A stretch of DNA of 64,000 nucleotides from Candidatus Woykebacteria bacterium (GTDB lineage Bacteria > Patescibacteriota > Microgenomatia > Woykebacterales > RBG-16-39-9b), in NCBI GenBank assembly GCA_040876345.1, contig JBBDPM010000006.1, positions 392,547-456,546 of the forward strand, read 5' to 3'. The notes under the pieces were generated by a model. It was given only the letters and a program-made list of their open reading frames with translations, was not told the origin of the DNA and did not search any database. The position numbers were made by a program, and so were the translations under genes. Positions 18,265-28,215 of this stretch are shown in pieces (within the stretch, counting starts at the first letter, position 1; the number at the start of each line of letters is the position of its first letter).

Positions 18265-20277
18265 CTATAGGTTGTCCAGAAATTTTTTGACAACGAGAAA
18301 CCCTAAGGTTAAAAACGTGATTGCTGAAACTAGATAAAGAAAATTTAACCAAACCGGTTTTTTGAACTCCAAATCCACTTCTCCCTTTGCAAAAACTAGC
18401 ATTAGATTTGGGGCGGCGCGGTAAATTTGAACGTTTTGACCATCCTTAGTGGCAGACCACCAGGGAAAGTAGGAAACCTTTACTAGGACTGGTTGGGGAG
18501 CCTCTGAGGCTATATTTATCTTCATCTTAGTCCAGTCCCTGTTGTGCTCAACAATTCCAACCTGCGTCTTTAGATCAAACTTATTTGTATCTAAATTATC
18601 AATATCTGTGCCCGGCTCTGATTTAAACGGAAGTGTAGACCATTCCCCCTCTTGGTCCCACCACTCTTCTACTTTTTTGTCAAAATCTCTACCTGCCGGT
18701 ATTGGGGCGAGGTCGACTACTTCGGCTAATACTCCTTCGCCAACCGTTTCTGTATTATAAATCTTTGACCTGTCCCCAACTTGCCAACTGCCAACTATTT
18801 CTCCTTTTTCCTCGCCCAAATTTAATACATATTTAATTCCAAATAAATCCACCGCTTTTTTTACATTTTTTTCAGAGATAAATTTTGTTTCAATATATTT
18901 TCCCTCCCCTTCTGGGTAAGCCTCAGGGCGAAGTGAGCGGATCAAACTTCCTAAATATGGGCCATTTGGCGTGGCGTCTGTGAAAAGTCCATAAGCCCAT
19001 GGGTTATTTTCTGGATTCTGCATCGCTAGCTTCGTCTGGGCTGTATAGATAAGTGGTTCACTCTCAGTTCTTCGAGATGATTCGATAAACCTACCATCTA
19101 ATTTTGTGTCCTCGACTGTAAACTTCGACCCAGTTACAACTGGACTTCGGAAGATTAGGTAAGCTAGCAGAACTAAAAATAAACCCAAGCTTCCAAACCT
19201 AAATAATCTGGTGCTTCTTAATAAACCAAAATCCGACATCAAAGATCCTAACCCCAAAATCAAGGCGAGATAGGCATAAGGCTGGAATCGGTAAAAGTGC
19301 AGTGAATAAAGGGTGTCGGAGACTGGTGTTCGAATGTTATTCGTGATCAACCAACTATCAAGCGCAGCGACTAATGTGATGACCACTGCAAAAGTTGAAA
19401 GTGCGCCGGCTTCAGTCAATCGACTCCTCAAACTATAGAAAAGGAGGCCCGCTGCAACTGCAGCCAAAACAATATTCAATGTGAAATAAGAAGGAACGTG
19501 GGCGGAAACTGAGGTAAAAGAAAAATTTGCCCAAAAAGGAACCCAGAAAAAAGCGGTGATTGCCGATGCCAAGGTCAGCAACCAAATAAACGGGATAACT
19601 TTAAGTTCTCCGCGGCGCCAAAGGAAAAAAGCGTAGATAAATAAGTAAATCTCCGCCGAAGCCACGGCAACGATGTGCGTCAAAATCAGGGATGCGTGGA
19701 CGAGCGCCAAAAGTAAGATTTTTCCCTGCTTAAGGTCTCTATGAAGCAATCCGATAAAAATAAAAAGTAAAACTGTTGAAACAAAATTTGGAATAAGCCC
19801 TATCTGAAACAAACCCCGGAATCCAATCCCGAGAAAATTTGGTAAGACTGCCAAAAAAATCATAATTAATAAGGTAGTCGGGATGTGATATTTAGTATCG
19901 GGGATAGTATTTTTGGCCACAAAATAGGCAGCAAACGGAAGTGATAGAATTACCAGTGAAATAATTATTTTAATTGAGGTTTCGATATCTGCTAAAAATG
20001 ACAATGTGGCAGCTACCCAATGGAATAAAGGAGGATAGAAAATACCTTGCGGAAAACCTGCGAGGAAGAAGGGATTCCAACCCATGAAGCTCGGCCAGAG
20101 ATAGTTTTTTATGTACCAAACAAGACTTACGTGACCAGGAGCGTCATAAATTTCCAGGCTATTATTTTCCCAAAAAGATACCACCAGCAAACCCAAAAAC
20201 ACGAGTGATAAACCAACCAATATTCTTTGTTCTTTAAAGTAATTTATTGTATTTTGGACTATATTATTACCTATCAT
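18265..20277 (-). CDS. Polytopic GT-C-like membrane protein (PTPS-related/YfhO-like)
   Basis: D.PGH, WNP...GFPQG.FYPPLFH, many TM segments, SYFP.W C-terminal domain. Confidence 0.7.
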   Translation of the reverse strand: MIGNNIVQNTINYFKEQRILVGLSLVFLGLLVVSFWENNSLEIYDAPGHVSLVWYIKNYLWPSFMGWNPFFLAGFPQGIFYPPLFHWVAATLSFLADIETSIKIIISLVILSLPFAAYFVAKNTIPDTKYHIPTTLLIMIFLAVLPNFLGIGFRGLFQIGLIPNFVSTVLLFIFIGLLHRDLKQGKILLLALVHASLILTHIVAVASAEIYLFIYAFFLWRRGELKVIPFIWLLTLASAITAFFWVPFWANFSFTSVSAHVPSYFTLNIVLAAVAAGLLFYSLRSRLTEAGALSTFAVVITLVAALDSWLITNNIRTPVSDTLYSLHFYRFQPYAYLALILGLGSLMSDFGLLRSTRLFRFGSLGLFLVLLAYLIFRSPVVTGSKFTVEDTKLDGRFIESSRRTESEPLIYTAQTKLAMQNPENNPWAYGLFTDATPNGPYLGSLIRSLRPEAYPEGEGKYIETKFISEKNVKKAVDLFGIKYVLNLGEEKGEIVGSWQVGDRSKIYNTETVGEGVLAEVVDLAPIPAGRDFDKKVEEWWDQEGEWSTLPFKSEPGTDIDNLDTNKFDLKTQVGIVEHNRDWTKMKINIASEAPQPVLVKVSYFPWWSATKDGQNVQIYRAAPNLMLVFAKGEVDLEFKKPVWLNFLYLVSAITFLTLGFLVVKKFLDNL

Positions 20278-21302
20278 GATAATCTCAGTATTTTCCTAAC
20301 AGGCTTTCGAATATTCTCAATAAATTTCGCAAATAAATACTTATTTGAGGTTGGAAGATCAAAAACTGGGCTGTAACAAATTCTTTCCCCACCAAAACTC
20401 ATTTTGAATGAAGTGACTCCGGACCAAGGGTGATTTTCACCTGCGTTTTCTGGAGCAACTCCCCAAAAGTCGAAATATTTAAAGCCTCTTTTTTTACCTT
20501 CCAACATGACTTTCCAAACTAAAAGGTAGGGTGCACGTAATTTAGGCTGAGTCCTTGATGAAGCCGCGTGCAAATAAGTAGCGGTATCGCCATAAAACAC
20601 TACCAAAGCTGCAGCCAGAGGTTGTCCATTGTATTCGGCCACCAAAACCTTCATAATCCCCTTCTCGCTTAGAATTTCGTATTGTTTTCTGTAATATCCA
20701 GGTTTAATATCAACTGTAAATTGGTGGCGAGATGCTGTTTCTTTTAAGAGTTTTTCGAAAATACCTATGTCTTCTGAATTTCCAATCCTTACCTTTACCC
20801 CTTTCCTTTCCACCATTCCCACGTTATAGCGAGTAGAATCGCTCATTGCGGAAAGTAACTCTTCTTCACTTTTGGAAAGATTCATTATGCTTGTGCACTC
20901 TGGCTGAGTAAAGAATCGGCTTTGCCTAAATCCCCCTCTTTCAAGAATCTCCGCTTCCGACCCCCCAATAACCCGCGGCTCAAGTCTGACAAAATCTAGA
21001 TTATCTTCTTTCGCAATCTTGGCTAACTTGTTGAGAAGAGGCTCAACTTTTTGCTTTTCCCAATCCTTAATTAGCGGTCCCCAAGGAACATAAAGAAATG
21101 AGGCAAATTTAGCTTTAACCTTCTGAGCGGAGACTACGCCGACTAGTTTTTCTGAATCAAAAACCCCGAATCGATACACTTTGTTTTCAATTTGTTTTTG
21201 AAACTGGCCCCAAGCGAAACTTTGTAAAAAAGGGGTGTGCGGAAAATCTCCGAGAAAATATTCTAAGTCTTCTTTATCTATTTCTTTGCAGGATAAGCTC
21301 AT
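20274..21302 (-). CDS. FemABX-family peptidoglycan bridge aminoacyltransferase
   Basis: FLQS..WG, Y.P.GP, FDFWG, FK..FGG. Confidence 0.92.
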   Translation of the reverse strand: MSLSCKEIDKEDLEYFLGDFPHTPFLQSFAWGQFQKQIENKVYRFGVFDSEKLVGVVSAQKVKAKFASFLYVPWGPLIKDWEKQKVEPLLNKLAKIAKEDNLDFVRLEPRVIGGSEAEILERGGFRQSRFFTQPECTSIMNLSKSEEELLSAMSDSTRYNVGMVERKGVKVRIGNSEDIGIFEKLLKETASRHQFTVDIKPGYYRKQYEILSEKGIMKVLVAEYNGQPLAAALVVFYGDTATYLHAASSRTQPKLRAPYLLVWKVMLEGKKRGFKYFDFWGVAPENAGENHPWSGVTSFKMSFGGERICYSPVFDLPTSNKYLFAKFIENIRKPVRKILRLS

Positions 21303-21435
21303 TGACTCGTTCTAAATTAACCTAAGTACTGCCAAAAATCAACTTAAGATTATTAATTAGTTGCAATTTAATTGATTGTTGTGGTAAATTACGCCTACTA
21401 AAATCAAGTGTAGCTGTCCCGGAAGGTCTTTGGCA

Positions 21436-22101
21436 ATGAATAAACTTGCCTCCATCTTTAATAGATATGGGGCCCTTTTGAAGGCTAAGAAAGGGAGGAT
21501 ACTTTTCGGCGTTGACGACCCACCCACAAAAATATACCTGGTAAAAGAAGGTGCTATAAAGATCTACCGCTACACTGAAGACGGCAAAGAAGTCATGCTC
21601 CACATCCACGGTCAAGGAGAGCTAATTACCATCAGTCCCCTATTTAAAGACATGGACCACGTAGTTTACGCCGAAAGTTTAATCGACACCGACCTTCTTT
21701 GGATTCCTATCTCCCAATTCAAGGAACTTATCAAGGAAGATGCTGCTACTCTTCTTGAAATCGGTCGATCCTTATCTGACAACTGGGACGAGGTGGAGGA
21801 AAGAATAGAGGCTTTTGTCACTCACGATTCTCTTGGTCGGCTGGCGTACATCATCTCCCAGCTTGCTAAAAAACATGGCACGAAAAAATCAAGTAAAACT
21901 ACGATTCCCTTTCCCCTAACTCATCAAGAGCTAGCCAATCTTACCGGGATGTTTCGCGAAACTATTAGTATTTCAATTCAAGAATTAAAAAAGGCCGGGA
22001 TTATCTCTATCGAGAAACATTATATTTTGGTGGAGGACTCAGAAAGACTCGAAGAATGTGCAAGAAGCGGAAAACAGGCTATGCCCAAAAAAACCCCGTG
22101 A
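21436..22101 (+). CDS. Crp/Fnr-family transcription regulator
   Basis: cNMP-like domain, LTHQELA...G..RET.S HTH; no FNR cysteine cluster. Confidence 0.92.
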   Translation: MNKLASIFNRYGALLKAKKGRILFGVDDPPTKIYLVKEGAIKIYRYTEDGKEVMLHIHGQGELITISPLFKDMDHVVYAESLIDTDLLWIPISQFKELIKEDAATLLEIGRSLSDNWDEVEERIEAFVTHDSLGRLAYIISQLAKKHGTKKSSKTTIPFPLTHQELANLTGMFRETISISIQELKKAGIISIEKHYILVEDSERLEECARSGKQAMPKKTP

Positions 22102-22116
22102 CACTTTTGTTACAAA

Positions 22117-22132
22117 TGTAATCCAAATTACA
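22117..22132. promoter_or_regulatory. Candidate Crp-family operator
   Basis: TGTAA-N6-TTACA perfect inverted repeat just after the Crp/Fnr gene. Confidence 0.45.
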
Positions 22133-22206
22133 ATTCCTTAGTAATTCAAATCACTAATTTATAGTAAGGGCCCTTACGGATAACTGCTCTCTCACCGCTT
22201 AATATA

Positions 22207-22565
22207 GATCTTGATGGTTCTCCAACCCCTAGGGGGGTTGGAGGTAGGTAGAAGAGGATTAGTGAGTCGCTTCGGCGGGAGTGGGATCACGAGCTACCAA
22301 GGGCCCGAACAAGAGCAGCACACTCAGAGAGAGCCCAAAGGATCACAGCCGTGGAGGTGACAAGCCAACACACTCCGTCAGAGACACACTATATCCTCTT
22401 CAACTAGAGAGAACGATCAATCGGGGAAGGAGACCCAACGCATGTCGTATACACATGCGATCGAGGCTGGACCTTGCAAATTCGCCTCGAAATAAGCGGT
22501 CGTACCATACTAGGAACTCGCGCACAACACAATGCGCTAGGCCCATGGATGGAACGACCGCTTCC
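22207..22565 (+). ncRNA. Putative large structured RNA (unassigned)
   Basis: Long-range stems 22211-22222/22409-22420 and about 22245-22268/22383-22406, cUUCGg loop, several local hairpins. Confidence 0.55.
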
Positions 22566-22635
22566 GCGTTTAAAGGTGCTCACCCTTGTGATAAAGTAAT
22601 GCTAGAGTGAAAAAAAATTCTTCCTTATTTTAATC

Positions 22636-23796
22636 TTGGTGGTGATTGCCTTAGGAGCTGTCTTCCTTTGGTTCAAAGTCGGGAAAGGTTTAGTTCCTGC
22701 ATTTTTCCCACCGAAGGAAAACACTGCCGAACAGCTGGAAAAAGCCGTAGTAAAACAGTCTTCTGGGCAGAAGGTCGATTTCCCCCTAAAAATAGATGGC
22801 AGCTTTGAAATCCGCTTGTTTGCTAAGGATTTAACAGCTGGTGCCAGAGTCCTTGCTTTTGATAAAAACCAAAATCTTTTAGTAAGCTTGCCTGACGGTG
22901 GTAAGGTTATCGCCCTACCAGACAGCAATAGGGACGGCAAAGCCGACAAACAAATCACCATACTGCAGAATTTAAATAGACCCCACGGCCTTGCTTTTTA
23001 TGAAGGATTCCTCTACGTTGCGCAGGAGAATGAAGTCGTCCAGTATAAATATGATCCCGACCAAATTTCAGCTTCAGATCCTAAAAAGATACTAGATTTA
23101 CCCTCCGGTGGTGGGCACTCTTCCAGAACAATAAAGTTTGGTCCTGACGGAAAGCTCTACATAACCGCTGGCTCTTCCTGCAACATCTGTGAAGAAAAAG
23201 ATAACCGCCGCGCTGCGATGATGAGAGCCGATCCTGATGGATCAAACTTCGAAATATTTGCAAAAGGCCTGCGAAACACAGTCTTCTTCACATTTGATGA
23301 GTCTGGCCAAATCTGGGGAAACGATATGGGCAGAGATCTTCTTGGTGATCAATTACCACCAGATGAGCTAAATATAATTCAAAAGGGTGGTGACTATGGC
23401 TGGCCCTATTGCAACGGCAAAAGCGTAGTTGACCCGTTTGGCAAGTCAGAGGAACGTTGCAAAAGTACCATTTCACCCCACTGGAACTACCACGCCCACA
23501 TTGCTCCTTTGGGCATTACTTTTATCAACTCTGGCCAATTCCCAGATGAATGGCAAGGAGACCTTTTAGCCTCCTTTCATGGTTCTTGGAACAGCTCAGT
23601 TCCAGTTGGTTATAAAATAGTTCTTCTTGAGGTTGAAGATGGAAAAGTTGTTGCTGAAAGGGATTTTGTAACTGGATTTATTACCGGCTCGGTTGCAGCT
23701 GGAAGGCCGGTCGACCTTATATTTGGTAGCGGCGGTTCACTTTTTATTTCGGACGATAAATCAAACGCAGTCTATATCCTTCGCAAAAAATCCTAG
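22636..23796 (+). CDS. PQQ-dependent sugar/sorbosone dehydrogenase family
   Basis: GHSSR, GSSCN, GLRN, DELN, YGWPYC, FHGSWN, GRPVD. Confidence 0.9.
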   Translation: MVVIALGAVFLWFKVGKGLVPAFFPPKENTAEQLEKAVVKQSSGQKVDFPLKIDGSFEIRLFAKDLTAGARVLAFDKNQNLLVSLPDGGKVIALPDSNRDGKADKQITILQNLNRPHGLAFYEGFLYVAQENEVVQYKYDPDQISASDPKKILDLPSGGGHSSRTIKFGPDGKLYITAGSSCNICEEKDNRRAAMMRADPDGSNFEIFAKGLRNTVFFTFDESGQIWGNDMGRDLLGDQLPPDELNIIQKGGDYGWPYCNGKSVVDPFGKSEERCKSTISPHWNYHAHIAPLGITFINSGQFPDEWQGDLLASFHGSWNSSVPVGYKIVLLEVEDGKVVAERDFVTGFITGSVAAGRPVDLIFGSGGSLFISDDKSNAVYILRKKS

Positions 23797-23855
23797 AATA
23801 CACCACTTTGGTAGCTTGACACTTTTTTACCTCAAACTTAAACTAAAGTTAGGCT

Positions 23856-25808
23856 GTGCAATCCCTGCCAAAGGCGTACCACTTTGTATTGTCAATATTT
23901 CTGCGGGAAATTCCCCACGTTGTTGGGTTTTCCGCCGTTTGTGTGATTTTTCTTTCATCTCTTATCTTTCTTGCCCTACCCGCCAAAGCTTCGCTAACCT
24001 CAGAACAAGTTGAACAAAAATTAAATGAACCAATTTATTTAAACTTTAAGTTCCCAATTAAAAGAGCCTCGGTAAAAGTAGAAGTTTTTCCACCAGTAGA
24101 ATTTGATCATTCCTGGTCTGGGCTTCTAGTCAACCAGAATCTTATTATTAAACCAAAAAACCTACTTCAACCGAACCAAACTTATCAAGTGGTAGTGAAG
24201 GATTCAAAAAACCCAATTGGACTCTCGGCAAAATCTTCTTCATTTTCTTTTAAAACCGAGTCTCTACCCAAAATTGTTGGCTCTTACCCGAAACCAGATG
24301 AAGGGCGTATTAAATCCAATCCAATCTTTTCTTTTACCCTGGATAAAAAAGTAGATTACGGGGACTTTGAACTCATATCCAATCCTCCCATTGAAGTTGA
24401 GCAAAAAAGGCTCGGCGAGAAGGTGGAATTTATTCCAAAGGCAAATCTTTTCCAAGGCAAGAAGTATTTTATTGCTCTCTCTTTCAAAGCGGCCGGTATA
24501 GATGTTACTAATCTTTTTGCCGGTGAATATCTAGTTGTTGAACCTTTGAAGATAGTTAAAACTTCCCCAAAACAAAAAGTAACTAACGCCAGCAAAAAAA
24601 GTGTTGTCTCCATAAAATTTAACAAGGAAGTGAAAACCGTCTTTTTGGGCTCGTTTATAAAACTAAATCCGTCTCAAGAAGGGAGTCTTGAATTTGTTAA
24701 TAAAAAGGAAGTGAAGTTCACCCCAAATCCTCAATTCTTGACTGATACTGAGTACAAGATCACTGTTGATAAAAATCTTGAGGCGGAAGATGGTGGTATG
24801 TTGGAAGAAGACTTCGTCCTTAAGTTCGAAATCGCTGGTCCTGTACAAGTAGTCGGGGCCACTCCCCAAGGTTGGGGAATACCTTTAATTTCGCCAGTCT
24901 CAGTTACATTTGATCAGGTAGTCGATAAAAAATCTGCCCAAGCAAAGTTCTCTGTTCAACCAAAAGTTGCCGGCACTTTTAGTTGGTCGGGCAATACGAT
25001 GACATTCGTACCGAAAAGGGTTCTAAATCTCTTTAAAAATTATGGCTTTAGCTTAAGTATTGGTGTGAAAGGAAACGGAGGGGAACCAAGCAATAAAGTC
25101 TTCAACTTCAATTTTAGAACCACCCTAGAGCGCTCCAGAACTATTGGCTACTCTATTCAAGGTCGGCCGATAAAAGCTTACTATTTTGGTGTTGGTTCCA
25201 AGAAAATCCTTTTAGTTGGGGCAATGCATGGAAGTGAGGCCAATTCTGGCAATCTACTCACTAGCTGGGTAGCGTACCTAAGAGCCAACCAAAACTCAAT
25301 AGCAGAGGGCCGCACCTTTATAGTTGTGCCTCTTGCAAACCCGGACGGTGTCGCCAAAGAAAACCGCTTTAACGCTCGTGGTGTCGATCTAAATAGAAAC
25401 TGGAATACTCCAACCTGGCAAAAAACTACCTACTGGAACGGTGGTCCAGTTACGAATGGGGGCGGGGCAAAACCATTTTCTGAACCAGAGACAAAAGCTC
25501 TAAGAGACTTAATAAACACCGAGAATCCAAAAATTACTCTCTCTTACCACTCTGCCGCTGGGGTAGTAATCAGCGATGGCGTGTCAAACAGCTTAAGAGA
25601 TTGGTATTCGTCCAAAACAGGCTACACCGCTCTTTTAGGGGCTGCCCAATACGATGAGGTCTTCTCTTACGATGTTACTGGATCACTTGAAGAGTGGCTT
25701 GGCGAGAAAAACAAAATCGTGGTCGTGGTTGAACTGGCCTCCCCTTACTCATCAGAATATCTAAGAAACCTCCCCGCCCTAAAAGGGTTGCTAAATTACC
25801 CTTTATAA
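23856..25808 (+). CDS. Ig-like (Big_5) repeat protein with C-terminal M14 zinc peptidase (MpaA-like)
   Basis: Repeated P...I.F....D Ig modules; HGSE, NPDG, NARGVDLNRN, SEPET, YHS. Confidence 0.85.
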   Translation: MQSLPKAYHFVLSIFLREIPHVVGFSAVCVIFLSSLIFLALPAKASLTSEQVEQKLNEPIYLNFKFPIKRASVKVEVFPPVEFDHSWSGLLVNQNLIIKPKNLLQPNQTYQVVVKDSKNPIGLSAKSSSFSFKTESLPKIVGSYPKPDEGRIKSNPIFSFTLDKKVDYGDFELISNPPIEVEQKRLGEKVEFIPKANLFQGKKYFIALSFKAAGIDVTNLFAGEYLVVEPLKIVKTSPKQKVTNASKKSVVSIKFNKEVKTVFLGSFIKLNPSQEGSLEFVNKKEVKFTPNPQFLTDTEYKITVDKNLEAEDGGMLEEDFVLKFEIAGPVQVVGATPQGWGIPLISPVSVTFDQVVDKKSAQAKFSVQPKVAGTFSWSGNTMTFVPKRVLNLFKNYGFSLSIGVKGNGGEPSNKVFNFNFRTTLERSRTIGYSIQGRPIKAYYFGVGSKKILLVGAMHGSEANSGNLLTSWVAYLRANQNSIAEGRTFIVVPLANPDGVAKENRFNARGVDLNRNWNTPTWQKTTYWNGGPVTNGGGAKPFSEPETKALRDLINTENPKITLSYHSAAGVVISDGVSNSLRDWYSSKTGYTALLGAAQYDEVFSYDVTGSLEEWLGEKNKIVVVVELASPYSSEYLRNLPALKGLLNYPL

Positions 25809-25880
25809 AGCTCGTAACAAAGTTCGCTACTAGTCGGTACTAAAACTCAGTTCTTTTAATTTAAAAGAATAAAAACTACA

Positions 25881-27866
25881 ATGAACTCAATGTATAAGAA
25901 AATTTCGGACTATGGTGTGATCGGTAATTGCCGCACGGCAGCTCTAGTTGCAAGCGACGGCTCAATTGATTGGGCCGCTCTTCCCAATTTTGACTCGCCA
26001 GCCTATTTTTGCTCTATTTTAGACTCTAAAAAAGGCGGTTTTTTCAAAATAGCACCAGAAGGGTTTTATAAATCGGACCAAAGCTATATTTACCACACCA
26101 ACATATTGGAGACTTTATTCTTTAATCAGGAAGGAAGCGTTCTCCTTTCTGATTTCATGCCTCTTTCTAGAGACGAGGAGGAGACAAATAGTATACCCGA
26201 GTTTGGTACCAAATTTGTCCGCCGATTGAAGGCTCTCAAGGGCAGTCATAGAATAAACTTAACTTTAAAAATCACTCCTGACTTTGCGAAAGAAAAGGTT
26301 GAAGTGTTTTTTCAAGAAGGTTTAGGGCTCATCGCCGACAATCGAGAAAATACCCTAGTGCTCTGGACCGAGAGAAAACCCAAAATCGAAGATAGGGTTG
26401 TTTACTTAGATTTTGATTTAAAGGAAGGCGAGACGGCTCTTTTTGCCCTTGGTTTTTTTAGAAAGGGTGGTACAATTCCTGCTTTTGGAGAAAGTGAGTT
26501 CCGAAGTCTTTTTAATAAAACAGCCCGCTTTTGGCGCTGGTGGGCCGGAATCTGTCAATACAAGGGGATGTTTTATGAAGAGGTCATTCGTAGCGCCCTT
26601 GTATTAAAGCTTCTAACTTATAATCCCACCGGTGCGGTTGTGGCTTCCCCGACAACTTCGCTGCCAGAAAAGATTGGTGGATTCCTGAACTGGGACTACC
26701 GTTACACATGGCTTAGAGACGCTTCTCTTATAATGTACTCCCTACTAGCCTTGGGGTATCTGAAAGAGGCGAGTGAATTTATGCGCTGGCTTGAAAACGT
26801 GGCGGTAAAAGAGGAGGAGGGTATAAGGATAATGTACGGCATTAATGGCGAAAGGGAGTTAAAGGAAACAGATCTTGATCACCTAGAAGGCTACCTGGGA
26901 TCAAAACCGGTCCGGATTGGCAACGCTGCCTCAAACCAAAAGCAGTTTGATGTTTTTGGAGAGGCTCTTGCGACCATCAATTTATATGTTCAGTGTGGTG
27001 GCAGTCTTTCTCCAAAAATGAAGAGTTTTGTGAAACGGCTGGTAGAGTATTGCGCTCTCCACTGGAAAGAGGCAGATGCTGGAATTTGGGAAGGCAGAGG
27101 CGATTACAAACATCATACTTATTCTAAATTAATGGCTTGGGTAGGCATGGATCGGGGAATAAGAATTGCTAAAAAGCTTGGAATTGATGCCGATTTTGAT
27201 TATTGGCAGGCTGTACGAGACGAGATAAAAGTTGATCTTCTTGAAAATGGTTTTAATAAAAAGCTAGGCGCTTTTGTTGAAAGTTACGGATCGGATATTA
27301 TCGATGCCAGTAATTTAAACATATCATTGGTTGGGTTTCTGGCACCAGATGATCCAACAATGCTTTCAACTCTAGAAAAAACGATGTCTACTCTTACAAA
27401 AGATTGGTTTGTTTTGCGCACCTCAAATGAAAAAGACGAACTTAAAAATGGGGAGGGTGCTTTTTTCCTCACTACTTTTTGGCTAATTGATAACTTGTCT
27501 CTGCTTGGTAGAGTCAAAGAGGCTAAAATTTGGTTGGAAAAGGTACTCCACTTTGCCACTCCTCTTGGTCTCTACGCTGAGGAGTTTGACCCTTACACCA
27601 AAGAACACCTGGGTAACTTCCCCATGGGGTTCACTCATCTTGGTTTAATCAATTCAGTTTTAACACTAGATCAGGTAGCTAATTACGGTCAGCGAACCAA
27701 GGAAACAATACCAGCCGAGAGGTTAGTAAACACTATTGGTCAAGTTCTTCTAACCGGAGGCAAAAGAACTAGAAAAACAGTTGAAGACGTTCTTGAAATA
27801 GTCTTACCTGGACCAATCAAAGGGACACTCCTGAAGGACTCTCGCCGCAAGACAAAAAACAACTAA
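25881..27866 (+). CDS. Glycoside hydrolase family 15 (trehalase/glucoamylase)
   Basis: PTTSLPE..GG..NWDYRY.WLRD, GIWE.RG, LGNFP. Confidence 0.93.
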   Translation: MNSMYKKISDYGVIGNCRTAALVASDGSIDWAALPNFDSPAYFCSILDSKKGGFFKIAPEGFYKSDQSYIYHTNILETLFFNQEGSVLLSDFMPLSRDEEETNSIPEFGTKFVRRLKALKGSHRINLTLKITPDFAKEKVEVFFQEGLGLIADNRENTLVLWTERKPKIEDRVVYLDFDLKEGETALFALGFFRKGGTIPAFGESEFRSLFNKTARFWRWWAGICQYKGMFYEEVIRSALVLKLLTYNPTGAVVASPTTSLPEKIGGFLNWDYRYTWLRDASLIMYSLLALGYLKEASEFMRWLENVAVKEEEGIRIMYGINGERELKETDLDHLEGYLGSKPVRIGNAASNQKQFDVFGEALATINLYVQCGGSLSPKMKSFVKRLVEYCALHWKEADAGIWEGRGDYKHHTYSKLMAWVGMDRGIRIAKKLGIDADFDYWQAVRDEIKVDLLENGFNKKLGAFVESYGSDIIDASNLNISLVGFLAPDDPTMLSTLEKTMSTLTKDWFVLRTSNEKDELKNGEGAFFLTTFWLIDNLSLLGRVKEAKIWLEKVLHFATPLGLYAEEFDPYTKEHLGNFPMGFTHLGLINSVLTLDQVANYGQRTKETIPAERLVNTIGQVLLTGGKRTRKTVEDVLEIVLPGPIKGTLLKDSRRKTKNN

Positions 27867-27898
27867 ATTCCTGGTCAACTCTAAGAAACTGGGGTGTT

Positions 27899-28168
27899 TT
27901 AGGAAACGTCTAGGTGGGTCTTGTACATGAATGAAGCGTCCCCATTGTACTTCGACAGCGATTTCGTCACTTGTTCAAAAATCTCTCTATAGTCAACTTC
28001 ACTTTTATCCTTAAGCCACTGATTAATGTCTTTAGAGACTTTATCAGCGATGCCCTCGGCCTCTTGATCTTTCATGTGAACATTTAGACACGCCGCGTAG
28101 ACACTAGCGTAGACTTTTCGATCGTCATATTCCTGTTTGTGACCTTTGCGTTTAACTATATGAGCCAT
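27899..28168 (-). CDS. Stand-alone ATP-cone domain protein
   Basis: IVKRKG..QEYD..KV..S. Confidence 0.75.
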   Translation of the reverse strand: MAHIVKRKGHKQEYDDRKVYASVYAACLNVHMKDQEAEGIADKVSKDINQWLKDKSEVDYREIFEQVTKSLSKYNGDASFMYKTHLDVS

Positions 28169-28215
28169 AATTGTTAACCAAAATTACTGGGCCAGCGTTC
28201 TTGCAAACTCTGGCA

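Noticed and set aside
22083-22101. Crp and MsrQ-like genes end in similar CCAAAAA(AA)CCCCGTGA (also 48193-48210)
   Set aside because: Only two low-complexity copies; likely chance.
22207-22565. tmRNA, RNase P or group I/II intron identity for the RNA candidates (also 59626-60175)
   Set aside because: No tRNA-Ala-like ends, no GAGGAAAGTCC P4 motif and no intron domain V or P7 signature seen.
22281-22610. 109-aa ORF across the structured region
   Set aside because: No family, S/R/T-rich composition typical of non-coding frames; base pairing explains the region better.
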